A DNA stretch of 63,734 nt, the filler included, from Octopus bimaculoides (taxonomy: Eukaryota), in assembly GCF_001194135.2 (NCBI RefSeq). It is 4 parts of 4 records of this genome, joined end to end, with 100 filler letters (N's around TTAATTAATTAA, not from the genome) between each part and the next. Parts side by side here need not be neighbours in the genome. Positions count along the whole stretch, not along the records: positions 49,688 to 60,063 come from NC_069005.1; positions 60,164 to 63,734 come from NC_068986.1; 2 more parts are not named here. One strand, 5' to 3'. The notes below the pieces were generated by a model. The model ran no database searches. It saw only the letters and a list, made by a program, of their open reading frames with translations, and was not told where the DNA came from. The translations under genes and the position numbers were made by a program. Below are positions 50,966 through 63,734 of the stretch, piece by piece. Numbering within the stretch: position 1 is the stretch's first letter; each line of letters starts with the position of its first letter.

Positions 50966-50967
<2 letters not shown>
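50535..50967 (-). mobile_element. 5'-truncated RTE LINE: ORF C-terminus joined to the family B 3' region
   Basis: 50801-50967 encodes KLNIRSISCGVQERRLRWYGHVVRMDEDSCVKKCHTLTVEGTRGRGRPRKTWAEVVR (typical RTE RLRWxGHVxR...GRPxxxW), followed by the family B units and a (GAT)n tail. Confidence 0.9.
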
Positions 50968-51000
<33 letters not shown>

Positions 51001-51662
51001 CATATACACATTTATAAATACACATATATGTAGGTGTGTGTATGCACACAAATATTTACACATACACACATTAACATATATGTATATTTACTCATACACA
51101 CACACACACACACACACATATATATGCATACATATATACACATAATTATAGGTAGAAAAATTTTTCCTCATAACGATGAAAAGAAAATACAAGAAGTAAA
51201 ATTTACAGAACAAGATCAATATAAGAGAAATTTACACAAAATATTTTTTTTTAAATGCCAAGTTTTTCTCTTATCTTGTTCTGTAACTTCCCCTTGTAAC
51301 ATTTTATTGCCACTGACACTGCGAGATGAAGTGATAACATCAGGGTATTGAAATCACTGTGAAATTGGTAGACCGCTGATGAAAGGGGTTTACTTGTTTA
51401 TATTCTATTCTTGTACTCCTATATGTTTATTTTTTTTGCTAGTTGCACACTCCTGTTATGTGCAGTATGACGACTATCTATGTTTTAGGTTTTAATTGTT
51501 TGTTTTTGTTTTATTTTTCGGTGGAGGCGGGGCGGTATTTGACTCCTGTAAGTTTCATCAGGTTTTATCAAGTTTCACATTAGTAAAACATGCATCACCA
51601 GACCTCTATGCATTTGTGTGTGTGTGTGTGTGTGTGTGTGTCTTTGTGCGTATGTGCGTGTG

Positions 51663-51694
<32 letters not shown>

Positions 51695-51944
51695 TAATAC
51701 ACTTTTGGTGAGCAGTTTGAATCTGCTAAAGTTTTAGTTTGGGTTTTTATATTAAACTGATGTACATTGTTATAAATCTGGTGTATGTTTTTTTAACTTG
51801 CAACCTGTAGAGGGAGAGAGATGTAGTGAGAGACAGCTGGCTAGGTAGACAGACAGACAGACAGATAGATGGATGGAGGAATAAATAGAGAGAATGAGTG
51901 AGTGAATGAGTGAGTGAGTGAGAGGGTGTGAGTTAATGAGTGAA

Positions 51945-52005
51945 TGAGTGAGATCAAACAGAAGTAAAAGAGAGTGAGATCAAACAGAAGTAAAAGAGAG
52001 TGAGA
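51945..52005. repeat. Perfect 26-bp tandem duplication (gagtgagatcaaacagaagtaaaaga)x2
   Basis: agatcaaaca occurs at 51951 and 51977. Confidence 0.9.
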
Positions 52006-52499
52006 AAGAGAGATTTCAGGTAAATGTTAGATCCAAAAGAGATTAACAGGTTTATTTTACTTGTTTATGTAATTCATGTTTTTATAAATCCACTGGAGAG
52101 GTGAGGAAAGACAGAAAGAAGAAAAGGAGGAAGGAAGGATAACAAGGAAGGAAAGGAAGGAAGGAAGGATAAGAAAGGGAATGGGTGGGAGAAGGGAAGA
52201 ATAAAGAAGAGAAAATCACAGAAGAAAATGTGGGTAAGGGGAGAGACTTAGATGGAAAAGATAGGATGGGTGGAACTGGAGTAAAGAAAGGGAGGGTGAG
52301 AGGAGAGGTGGGAGGTTTGAACTAGGAAGGAAGAGGAAGAGGTGGAGGGGAAAGGGAGGAGTCATCTTTCATTGTCTCTCTTTATCAAGAGCTGATCTGT
52401 CTCATTGGGAGATATTGGTAGAACATTTCAAACAGCAACAAGAACTAAATACCTGAAACCAAAAAAACAGGAGCAGCAATGCCAGTCATACATACATAC

Positions 52500-52560
52500 A
52501 TACATTACAAGTGCAATCTGTGAGTGGAACAGTAACGATCTACAAGACTTTTCTCAAGTC
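52500..52560 (+). mobile_element. Short R4-like ORF-terminal fragment after (TACA)n
   Basis: acattacaagtgcaatctgtgagtggaacagtaacgatctacaagacttttctcaagt matches 23630-23690 (acattacatgtccgatctgtgagtggaacagtgaaaatatgcaaaacttttctcaagt). Confidence 0.75.
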
Positions 52561-52774
52561 CCAGGTATATGTCATCAGTCAATTGTTTAGCTGAATATAT
52601 CACTTTAATTGGAGTAGATATATTATTATTATGATATATTATCATATATTATTATCGTATATATATATATATATGTGTGTGTGCGTGTGTGTGTGTTTGT
52701 GTGTGCGTGTATGTGTATACGGAACAAATAGTGAGGGATTATCAATCTGGACAAAATACTTCATAAGCTCTCTG

Positions 52775-52938
52775 TTGGCACTACACTCTCGGAGTGGTTG
52801 GTGTTAGGAAGGGCATCCGGCTGTAGAAACTCTGCCAGATCAGATTGGAGCCTGGTGCAGCCATCTGGTTCGCCAGTCCTCAGTCAAATCGTCCAACCCA
52901 TGCTAGCATGGAAAGCGGGCATTAAACGATGATGATGA
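52775..52938 (+). mobile_element. Family B 3' terminal fragment
   Basis: cactacactctcggagtggttggtgttaggaagggcatcc...cccatgctagcatggaaagcgggcattaaacgatgatgatga. Confidence 0.9.
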
Positions 52939-53237
52939 ATTATATGGATATACACACACATATGCATATATATAATGAATTGTAGTATGATACTAGTGTG
53001 AAATAATGAGTGCAATTATGCTATCAATGATGGGAAAGTACTCCATACCATTTGGTTGAATTTCAGTACCTTTCGCATGGTATACCTTACATAACACTAA
53101 AGGACCCCAAATCAAATCTTCCTACACATGTTTCTGTTACACACATTGTAGGATCATTAGATTGCTTAACAGAAACATTTGTTCTTGCACACAAACACAC
53201 GTCTGTATGTATATATGTATGCATGTATGTATATATG

Positions 53238-53302
<65 letters not shown>

Positions 53303-53543
53303 AAACACACTACCATAATCCTATTGGTGCATATTATCTAAGAAACATGTAATGGAACATTATCTGATGGAGTGACAGTGTTATGTTAACATGTTGTTGC
53401 ATAATCTTATATAATCTCGCATGTTATTGCATGCAAAGTTGTATTACGCAATATGTTAATAATAAGCACTTTACTACAGAAATATATATACTAATACCCA
53501 AATTATCTATTTGTTTCATCTTTAACAATACACACACCCACAT

Positions 53544-53602
<59 letters not shown>

Positions 53603-53754
53603 AACATGCATCTGTTCTTGTTTTCACAGATAGGATCATTAGAGACTGAAAGATTGCTTGGAAGAACAGGGCATGGTATATTAATATGCCAGTTTATTGT
53701 GTTTCTACAGCATGAAACAAATAGTAGCTCATATATAAATACTGTGTGTATTAA

Positions 53755-53923
53755 GGCACAGGAGTGACTGTGTGGTAAGTAGCTTGCTTATCAACCACAT
53801 GGTTTTGGGTTCTCATCCCACTGTGTGGCACCTTGGGCAAGTGTTTTCTACTATAGCCTTGGCCTGATCAAAGCCTTGTGAGTGGGTTTGGTAGACAGAA
53901 ACTGAAAAAAGCTAATCATATAT

Positions 53924-53966
<43 letters not shown>

Positions 53967-54160
53967 TCCCCCCACCATCGCTTGGTAACTGATGTTGGTG
54001 TGTTTATGTTCTTGTAACTTAGTAGTTCAGCAAAAGTGACCAATAGAATAAGTACTAGGCTTACAAAGAATAAGTCCTGGGGTAGATTAGCTCAACTAAA
54101 GGTTGCGCTCCAGCATGGCCACAGTCAAATTTCAAACAAGTAACAGAGTAAAAGAGTATA
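53755..54160 (+). mobile_element. Complete family A SINE
   Basis: A/B boxes, CORE-like ggcaccttgggcaagtg, internal (TG)n and a tail ending gtaaaaga. Confidence 0.92.
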
Positions 54161-54359
54161 GATAAATGAAGTATCAGGAAAGTAAAAATTGTAGGTGTTA
54201 TATGTTTCCATTTTTCTGTGACAACAATTTGTGGAATGTATATTGGATCTGTACCAACCTGGATTATGAATTAAAGATCGTCTACACCTTATATTTTTCT
54301 TTTCCTTATACCTCATTTATTTTTTTTGCAAATATTAATTATATATTATTTATATATTA

Positions 54360-54529
54360 GCACAAGAGTGGCTGTGTGGTAAGAAGCTTGCTTCCCAACC
54401 ACACGGTTTGGGGTTCAGATCCACTGCGTGGCACCTTGGGTGAGTGTCTTCTGCTATAGCCTCGAGCCGACCAAAGCCTTGTGAGTGGATTTGATAGACG
54501 GAAACTGAAAGAAGACTGTCGAATATATG

Positions 54530-54560
<31 letters not shown>

Positions 54561-54732
54561 ATGCATTTGTTTGTCTGTGTTTGTCCCCCCACCATCGGTT
54601 GACAACCGATGTTGGTGTATTTATGTCCTTGTAACTTAGCGGTTTGGAAAAAAAAGAGACTGATGGAATAAGTCGACTAAAGGCGGTGCTCCAGCATGGC
54701 TACAGTCAGATGACTGAAACGAATAAAAGAAT
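54360..54732 (+). mobile_element. Complete family A SINE
   Basis: Same organisation as 53755-54160. Confidence 0.92.
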
Positions 54733-55106
54733 ATATTCTTTAGTTGGACTGTACCGGTGGACTTGGATGCTTGGCATCTCTTTGAAGAATTTTGGTCCTC
54801 ACCTCTTTTATATATAAATATATATATTACAAATAAAAGGGTAAAGGATTATTAATTTATTAATAAATAATAATTAATAATCTTTACCAAGCCCTTCGGT
54901 ATGTAAACACCATTATCGGTGAAGAATTTATTTAAAAGTTCTTATACATTTATAAACATAATTACGGGATCAGCAACAGTTGCTTCGCCACATACCGAAG
55001 ATCAGAAATAGCAGCTAAAGTGCTGAAACTCCAGCAAATAGCAATACTTGTAACTCACAAAGGCAAAACAAGAAGAAAAAACAACGAAACTAACCAGTCT
55101 TAGTTA

Positions 55107-55166
55107 ATCATAGACGCGTTTCTGGCTTAGAAAAGTGAAAACTTTTCATTTCTTCATCAGTATGAT
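55107..55166 (-). ncRNA. Hammerhead-like motif with a damaged stem II
   Basis: Minus strand aucaua-CUGAUGA-agaaaugaaaaguuuucacuuuucuaagcca-GAAA-cgcg-UC-uaugau. Stem I is 6 bp and stem III is the palindrome CGCG. Confidence 0.55.
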
Positions 55167-55497
55167 ACTCCAGTTTGCAAATTCGACGATGTTGGCAATT
55201 GTGCATGCACGACCGAGCGACATCATGCATCAGCACAATATGAACAGCATCTCTGAACTTACATAGGCCAGCCAGTTCTATATATATATATATATATATA
55301 GAAACGATCGTACTAAATTAACTAAAGGCAGGTGGTTTTTTAACTCTTCTCTACTGTTTTTTGTTCTGTGTGTATCAAGAATATCGCTATCAATCTGGAG
55401 TAATAATTTGTAGTTTTGAAATCAGTAGTTCTTTGACTGCTATTTCTGAATTCTCAGTATGTTGAAGCAGGTTACTGTCAATCCCTATATATTTATG

Positions 55498-55567
<70 letters not shown>

Positions 55568-56040
55568 CATACATGTATATATATAGAGAGAAATATGTAG
55601 GTGCGTGTATTTGTATGAGTGAGGTTTTATCTTCCCTGATCTTCATTTATTTTCACTGATTGTGAACGATACTCATTTCATCGCAGTCCACAGTCAAAAG
55701 ACATGTCCAGGCTTCTTTCCACGTAACTCACTCTTTGTAAATAAGAGACACCTTTGAGTGGTGTCATTTGTTTCCATTTTTCTGTGTCAACATGTCCAGG
55801 GTGTACACCGCTCAGCAAAATGTGGGATTGTTAACCTGTTTGGAAAAAAGGACAGGGAGGATATGAGGAAGAGTATCCTGGCCTAGAAAACTCTGCCACG
55901 ATGTAGTCTCATCTGTGCTATGCAAGCATAGAAAAGTAGACATTAAATGAGGATAATGATAAGTGTGTGTGTGTGAAGGTGGTGCTCCAGCATGGCTGCA
56001 GTAAAATGACTGAAACAAGTGATAGGTAAAAGATATATAC

Positions 56041-56074
<34 letters not shown>

Positions 56075-56145
56075 TATATATATGTATATATATATATATA
56101 TATATTATATATATGTATATATATATATATATATTATATATATGG

Positions 56146-56214
<69 letters not shown>

Positions 56215-56329
56215 ATGTGTATGTATCTATATATGTGTGTGTATATGTATGTATCTATATAAGTATGTATATGTATGCATCTATATATATATGTATATGT
56301 GTGTATCTATATACACACACACACATATA

Positions 56330-56760
56330 TATTCATGGCTGTGTGGTAAGAAGCTTGCTTCCCAATCACATGGTCCCGGGTTCAGTCTCACTACGTGGCA
56401 CCTTGAACAAGTATCTTCTACTATTGCCTTGGGATGACCAGCTTTGTGAGTGGATTTGGTGGATGGAAACTGGAAGAAGCCCATCATATATATATATATA
56501 TATANNNNNNNNNNNNNGTGTGTATTTGTGTGTATCTTTGGGTTTTTCTTCCTACCATTGCTTGACAACCAATGCTGGTGTGTTTATTTTCCCATAACTT
56601 AGCGCTTCAGCAAAGGACACCAATACAATAAGTACTAGGTTTGTTCTGCGGTTGATTTCTTCGGCTAACACTCTTTAAGGCAGTGCTCCAGTGTGGCCGC
56701 TGTCAAATGACTGAAACAAGTAAAAGAGTAAAAGAATAAGAGAACACACAGATAGATAGA
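56330..56760 (+). mobile_element. Complete family A SINE (short N gap in the centre)
   Basis: Head catggctgtgtggtaagaagc; tail gtcaaatgactgaaacaagtaaaagagtaaaaga. Confidence 0.9.
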
Positions 56761-56785
56761 TAGATTGTTAGAGATAGATAGTTAG

Positions 56786-56818
<33 letters not shown>

Positions 56819-56930
56819 CATAGATAGATAGATAGATAGTTAGAGATAGATAGATGGATAGATGGATAGATAGATGGATAGATGGATGGATGGATGGATG
56901 GATGGATGGATGGATGGATGGATGGACAGA
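56750..56930. repeat. (GATA)n/(GATG)n microsatellite
   Basis: Direct inspection. Confidence 0.95.
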
Positions 56931-57227
56931 AAGTGATGTAAAAGGAAAAGAAAATAAGTAAACATGTAGATAAACAATCAAAATGGTTTGCTAACTAAAT
57001 AAACAGTTCTCAGATAAATCAATAGATGTAGGTATGGATGTATGTATAGATGGATGTATGGATGTATATATGTATGGATGGATGGATCGGTGGATGAGTG
57101 CCTCTGTGTGTGTATGTATATATGTATGTATGAATAAATGTATTTATGTATGCATGTATGAATATATAGATAGATATAATCACACATATGTATATATATA
57201 TATATGTATATTCATATATATACATAT

Positions 57228-57281
<54 letters not shown>

Positions 57282-57346
57282 NNNNNNNNNNNNNNNNNNN
57301 NNNNNNNNNNNNNNNNNNNNNNNNNNNNNNNNNNNNNNNNNNNNNN

Positions 57347-57393
<47 letters not shown>

Positions 57394-58059
57394 GCTCAGA
57401 GATTTATTATTGCTTATATATATATACACATACATACATACACATACATATATAATATCTGATATATATACATATATGCTAATGCATATATAGTGTACAG
57501 GAAAATATTATTTGTGTTATGTATGTATGGGTATATATGTATACATACGTGTGTAAAAATATATTTAGAGAACCAGATAGATTTATGAATGATTGGATAC
57601 TCTCTTGGATAAAGTACAGAGAAGGTAGATGGGCCAATATGTTTACAAATAGATAAAGAGTGACAGAGAGAGAGATAGGATACTGTAAGGGCATATGAGA
57701 GGAAGAGCAAGTAAAGAAATGTGAATGTGTATTCATGTCAGAGGGGGTATAAGTATGTGTGAAAAAAATAGATATTGTGTACAGAGCCAGCATACTGCAT
57801 AGACCTGTAAAGAAACGGCTGAACATCATCAGTATGTGGAAATCAGGAAAACCAACAACATAACAACATGAAAGATTACCCTATAAAAAGAATGAAAGTT
57901 AGCATGTAATAAGAGGGAATGGAAAAGAAAAAAGAGAAAAATGGCAGGGTTGAAGATGAATCTTTTTCCCTATTCCGCACATTTTGTTCACTGCTAAAAT
58001 CAATTAAGAGATTAAAAGATTGTTTGTTTTAATGTTCTTTTATTGTTTTTATTATTTTT

Positions 58060-58223
58060 GTGAATGTACACGCACACACACACACACACAAATATAATTG
58101 TATATCTATGTTTTTATATATACACAAATATATGTATATATATATGTGTGTGTGTACATATATCTATATATGTATATGTAAATATATATATATATGTGTA
58201 TATATGTATATGTATACATATAT

Positions 58224-58254
<31 letters not shown>

Positions 58255-58560
58255 CATGTAAATATATATGTGTGTAAGTATATATAGGCATATAAATATA
58301 TATATGTATGTATATATATGTATGCATATAAATATATATATATGTATGTATGTACATATAAGTATACATATAAATATATATATATATATATATATACATA
58401 TAAATGTATATATATGAATGTATCTATATATATATATAAATATATGTATATATATATATGTGCGTGTGTGTGTTTTTATATGTACACATATATATATGTA
58501 TATATATATATATATGTATACATGCATACATGTGTGTGTGTGTGAGTGTGTGTGTTTATA
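58060..58560. repeat. Degenerate (TA)/(TG) compound microsatellite
   Basis: Direct inspection. Confidence 0.95.
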
Positions 58561-59093
58561 TGTGAGTTAATCTAGTGAGACAGATTGGCATATAAATGGA
58601 TATTATGGGAAGCAAAACGTGGGTCTTTGAAATCCAGTGATGTCGGTAAAGGGGTTGCAGAGCGCTGTCTTGTAAGCAGCTTTATCTTATTTGATAACAT
58701 CACCTTCCCTCCCCCCGCTTCTCCACCCAGCACGTCATTGGTTGACTTTACCTTCACTTTTGTCTTTTTTCATGTTTATGTTTGTTTTGTTGGGGGTATG
58801 TTGTTTTCTTTGCTTTTCTTTTATTTTCTGTTTCATATTTTTGCATTTTATTTTCGAGTGTTTTTATTCATAATGATTTTTTTGTTATGTGTGCGTATTT
58901 ATCGATGTGTGTATACGCGGAAATGAATGTGCGGAAGTATGCGCGCAATGCATGCATGCATGAATGCATTTGCGATTTTATGTGTGTGTGTGTGTGTGTG
59001 TGTGTTTGTATGTGAGTGGGAATGTATCCGTGTGCTTATTTGAATGCATATGACTAGGAATACATGTTTGTATGTTTATGTGTTTTTATGTTG

Positions 59094-59134
<41 letters not shown>

Positions 59135-59250
59135 NNNNNNNNNNATATATATATATATATATGTTTTTATGTGTGTGGGTATACTTTTGCACATACATAT
59201 TTGTAATGTATGTAGCTATATATGTATATATGGATGTGTGTGTGTGCATG

Positions 59251-59281
<31 letters not shown>

Positions 59282-59430
59282 GTAGATATTTGTTTATAGC
59301 TGTGCATGTGTGTATATATGTATGTATATATGTTTAATTAGGAATATGAGCATATGCACAAGTGTACCAATTGCTATATGTGCATACGCAATGTATGTAA
59401 ATTTACTAACCAAACATTATTAAATGTGCT

Positions 59431-59465
<35 letters not shown>

Positions 59466-59708
59466 AGCACACACACACTCATGCACGCACACACACCATA
59501 CAGGTACTATCACAGAGACACAGAGTAGCTTAGTGCAACTGTTAGTTAAAAGTGCAACTGCTGATTCCAACTGCAGTCTATATATGCACAGCGTATCTAC
59601 ACAGTTGTTACTTTTTGTTCAGGTACCTCTTTTGATGCATAATATGTGTACCGTACCATACAGCTATCTATGCATGGGTGTTTATGTGTATGTGCGAATG
59701 GGTTAATA

Positions 59709-59744
<36 letters not shown>

Positions 59745-59874
59745 CATATATATATATACTTAATCATATCAAAGGGAAATGGAAATTATTAAAAATTTTC
59801 ACTTCCAGTGCTTCTAGAACCTAGATGTTCTTTCTAGCATAAGGAATCCCATGAGTGGATGTGTTTAAATATAT

Positions 59875-60063
59875 TACTCTTTTACTATCTCTTTTACTCT
59901 TTTACTTGTTTCAGTCATTTGACTGCGGCCATGCTGGAGCACCGCTTTTAGTCGAGCAAGTCGACCCCGGGACTTATTTTTTGTAAGCCTAGTACTTATT
60001 CTATCGGCCTCTTTTTGCCGGACCGCTAAGTGACAGGGATGTAAACATATCAGCATCGGTTGT
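59875..60063 (-). mobile_element. Family A SINE 3' half (well preserved)
   Basis: tttacttgtttcagtcatttgactgcggccatgctggagcaccgcttttagtcgagcaagtcgacccc. Confidence 0.9.
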
Positions 60064-60308
60064 NNNNNNNNNNNNNNNNNNNNNNNNNNNNNNNNNNNNN
60101 NNNNNNNTTAATTAATTAANNNNNNNNNNNNNNNNNNNNNNNNNNNNNNNNNNNNNNNNNNNNGAGAGAAAGAGTGGGAGAAAGAGAGTGGACAATAGTG
60201 AATGTCGGGTGATATTCTCATATACTCTATAAACGAGGGTCTCTCTCTCTCTCTCTCTTCCCCTCTCTCTCTCCCTCTCTTTCTCTCTACCTCTCTCTCT
60301 CTTTCTGT

Positions 60309-60350
<42 letters not shown>

Positions 60351-60436
60351 ATATAGATGTTTATATGTCTATGTATATGAGAGTACATATGTACATGTGG
60401 TATATACATGTGTGTTTGTGGAGTGAGTGTTTGTGA

Positions 60437-60525
<89 letters not shown>

Positions 60526-61369
60526 TATGTATGTATGTATGTATACTGAATATCGTAGCGTAAGTCTGTATGAAAATCTTTCCTTCCTGAAGAGCAGATG
60601 TTTTGTAAGGACAATACACGCAAACCACCCCTCTTAATTTCGTTAGAAACATAAAATATGATGTCTAAATGCAGATGATGGGACGAAACAAACGACCGTC
60701 TGAGCGAAGAATTATCAGAAGAAAATTGGAATTTTTAAAATTAGATTTTCTATTTTATCACAGATTTGATCTACGAAAAACGTATATCTTCTCTCATTTG
60801 AAATATTGAGTCAAATAAAAGTGAATATTATTTTACTAGTAAGATCTTTCCCGCCTGTCACGGATAAATTTTGAAGTATAACTTTCCTACCATGGGAAAT
60901 ATCAGGAAATATGAACTACATACAATAATCAGAATTTAACTTTTGTAAGGTCTTTTGTGATAAAACGAATACTAATTTTTCAGAAGAAAATATTTATTAC
61001 TTGTTGTGTCTTGGGAGGGTCATTACACTAATAGTAATAAACACACACACTGGTTTAATATCACTTCTTTCTTGTTTGTCAATTGGTAGAACATCTAACC
61101 AACTAAGTAATCGATCGTTTTTCAAGGTATTATTTAAACAATCGATCGGTTGCTTGTTTATTATTATTGGCATAATGACACTTTCCAAGACGCAACAAGA
61201 TTTGCTTCAACACCTGAAGAATTTTGGAAAGTAAGTTCTAAAAGAAAAAGCGAAGCAATAATGTGCCATAGATACGATGAGTGAAAGTAATTACAATAAT
61301 ACTTTAGAATAATTGCTGGGAAAATTAAATAAATTGTTTTCAGTAGATACGTTCTTATAATTAATCTTT

Positions 61370-61486
61370 TAGCATTTGTTTCGGTCATTAGACTGCGGTC
61401 ATACTGGAGCACCACCTTCAAGAGTTTTAGTCAAAGGAATCGATTTCAAGACTTATTCTTTTTTAAGCCTGATACTTATTCTATTG

Positions 61487-61538
<52 letters not shown>

Positions 61539-62126
61539 NNNNNNNNNNNNNNNNNNNNNNNNNNNNNNNNNNNNNNNNNNNNNNNNNNNNNNNNNNNNNN
61601 NNNNNNNNNNNNNNNNNNNNNNNNNNNNNNNNNNNNNNNNNNNNNNNNNNNNNNNNNNNNNNNNNNNNNNNNNNNNNNNNNNNNNNNNNNNNNNNNNNNN
61701 NNNNNNNNNNNNNNNNNNNNNNNNNNNNNNNNNNNNNNNNNNNNNNNNNNNNNNNNNNNNNNNNNNNNNNNNNNNNNNNNNNNNNNNNNNNNNNNNNNNN
61801 NNNNNNNNNNNNNNNNNNNNNNNNNNNNNNNNNNNNNNNNNNNNNNNNNNNNNNNNNNNNNNNNNNNNNNNNNNNNNNNNNNNNNNNNNNNNNNNNNNNN
61901 NNNNNNNNNNNNNNNNNNNNNNNNNNNNNNNNNNNNNNNNNNNNNNNNNNNNNNNNNNNNNNNNNNNNNNNNNNNNNNNNNNNNNNNNNNNNNNNNNNNN
62001 NNNNNNNNNNNNNNNNNNNNNNNNNNNNNNNNNNNNNNNNNNNNNNNNNNNNNNNNNNNNNNNNNNNNNNNNNNNNNNNNNNNNNNNNNNNNNNNNNNNN
62101 NNNNNNNNNNNNNNNNNNNNNNNNNN

Positions 62127-62161
<35 letters not shown>

Positions 62162-62300
62162 ATGTATGTATATGTAGATGTAGATGTATATAACGGCTCA
62201 GAGTTTTAGCAGAAAACACCTGTCCAAGGTGCCACGCAATGGAACTGAGCCCAGGACTATGTGGTTGGGAAGCAAGCTTCTTAACACACCTGTGCCTATG
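61370..62300 (-). mobile_element. Family A SINE tail and head on either side of an N gap
   Basis: Tail at 61370-61490 and head at 62212-62300 in the same orientation. These may be one element or two. Confidence 0.6.
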
Positions 62301-62789
62301 TGAATTATGTATTTAAAATGTAAAAGATAGTTATTAATGAAAAGAAAAGAATTATCAACGTTTCATTGATGGGCCACTCGTGCTAAAAAGGACTATGTTT
62401 TTGGAAGAAATGTTATTAACCGAATCAGTTGTGTTGGTTTCATGTGTTTATTTTATCAGTAGCAAATCCCAAGGAAATTCCTTTGTTTTCGCTAGTTTTT
62501 TATAATTACAAAAACAGAAAGAAAAGCCTCCCAAGTGAACTAACGGTTTGAACTTAAATCATTCTATTCGTAAATATTTAAGTTCAAGCATTTAGTCTGA
62601 AAGTACGAAAATTATATCCCCTTTATCCATGAGATTCCCTAACAAGTACCACTATATTTTGGGGTTTCTTGTGCTAAATAAGAGGCAAATGTCAATTTAT
62701 TCTTCAAGCATTTTCAGCGGCCGCTATTCTGTACATCACTACTTCAGCATCCTGTTTATCATCATGCTTACCATGATGATGATGATGAT

Positions 62790-63085
62790 GATCAGCATCA
62801 TTGTCGTCATCATCCTACACCCTAGAAAATTACTGTCTTGGGTCCTTAGACTCATAGAGCCTGTTACCTGGCTTCCATAGTGTGTAAGTGATGGAGATGA
62901 TAGCATTTTACCTGAACGGGACGCCAGTCCGTTGCATGGGTATTCATCTGGAGCTGAGTGAACTAGAAAAAAAATGTGAAAAGAAATGAAATGAGATGAT
63001 TCGCTCAAGAACAAAATGTACCGCCCGCTCCGAGAATCGAAACCATGATCTTGCAGCCGTGAGTGCTACATCCCAACCACCCGCT
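62790..63085 (-). mobile_element. Family D tRNA-SINE with a V-domain-like segment
   Basis: Head with B-box ggtttcgattc on the minus strand; cccatgcaacggactggcgtcccgttcagg at 62911-62940. Confidence 0.65.
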
Positions 63086-63289
63086 CACGCACCTTCATTC
63101 ACCACTCCTTGTACTACATTAATCCGTACCATTTACCCACTTGAGTCATTTCCCTCATCTCATTATGTTATAGCTTAATCCATTTATTTCATATTGGAGT
63201 GATTTTGTGAGCATGTGTACGTCCAATCCTCCCTGTATGCGTATCCGCTTGCATTTTGATCTACATGAACATATATGCGTGCATGCGTG

Positions 63290-63322
<33 letters not shown>

Positions 63323-63572
63323 TTGTTTGTTTGTATATGTGTACAAATGTAACTATCTGTAAATATAACGACGCCATTGTGTAACCCGAGTACGCATGTT
63401 GAGTGAGTTTACGAACGTATGTATTGTTACAAGAGATCGGCTGTATTAACACATTAATATTACATGTTCATTACAAATAAGTGTATAGTCCGCTGCTTCC
63501 TAACATTAGTCGGAGAACAAATTGATCCCACATTGCTCATATATGTATATGTATTTATCTCGCCCCCCCCCC

Positions 63573-63612
<40 letters not shown>

Positions 63613-63703
63613 CCTCTCTATTTCCTTACTCTCAACCTCTCTTTCTCAATATCTGAGTGTGCGTGTGTGTCTATGTATGTGATATTCTCTCTGTGTATGT
63701 ATA

Positions 63704-63734
<31 letters not shown>

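Noticed and set aside
49017-51400. Other CTGATGA heptamers (for example at about 49018 and 51377) as hammerhead cores
   Set aside because: They lack a stem II/GAAA arrangement and stem I complementarity.

Overview
This is AT-rich, repeat-saturated animal genomic DNA from a gapped short-read assembly. The SINE families, microsatellite load and gap style suggest an octopod cephalopod such as Octopus (my inference, not database-verified). I could not confidently identify a host protein-coding gene. Nearly all ORFs in the track are microsatellite or N-gap artefacts, although a weak pair of phase-compatible exons lies at 248-301 and 2684-2861. The recognisable content is decayed transposable elements: a full-length mariner with both TIRs (11107-12392), three further mariner fragments, a 5'-truncated R4/Dong-like RLE retrotransposon (21565-23945) with three smaller R4-type pieces, a CR1 RT fragment, a Helitron Rep N-terminal remnant, RTE 3' ends, and many tRNA-derived SINEs. 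The most interesting signals are RNA structures. Several unrelated small repeats carry minimal type-I hammerhead-ribozyme motifs, including one behind a tRNA-SINE head and a pair forming a ~220-bp inverted repeat. A tandem unit in the RTE 3' region keeps a hairpin plus an H-type pseudoknot, with compensatory substitutions visible between copies in this window. Assembly artefacts (an Illumina adapter and TTAATTAATTAA gap spacers) are also present.
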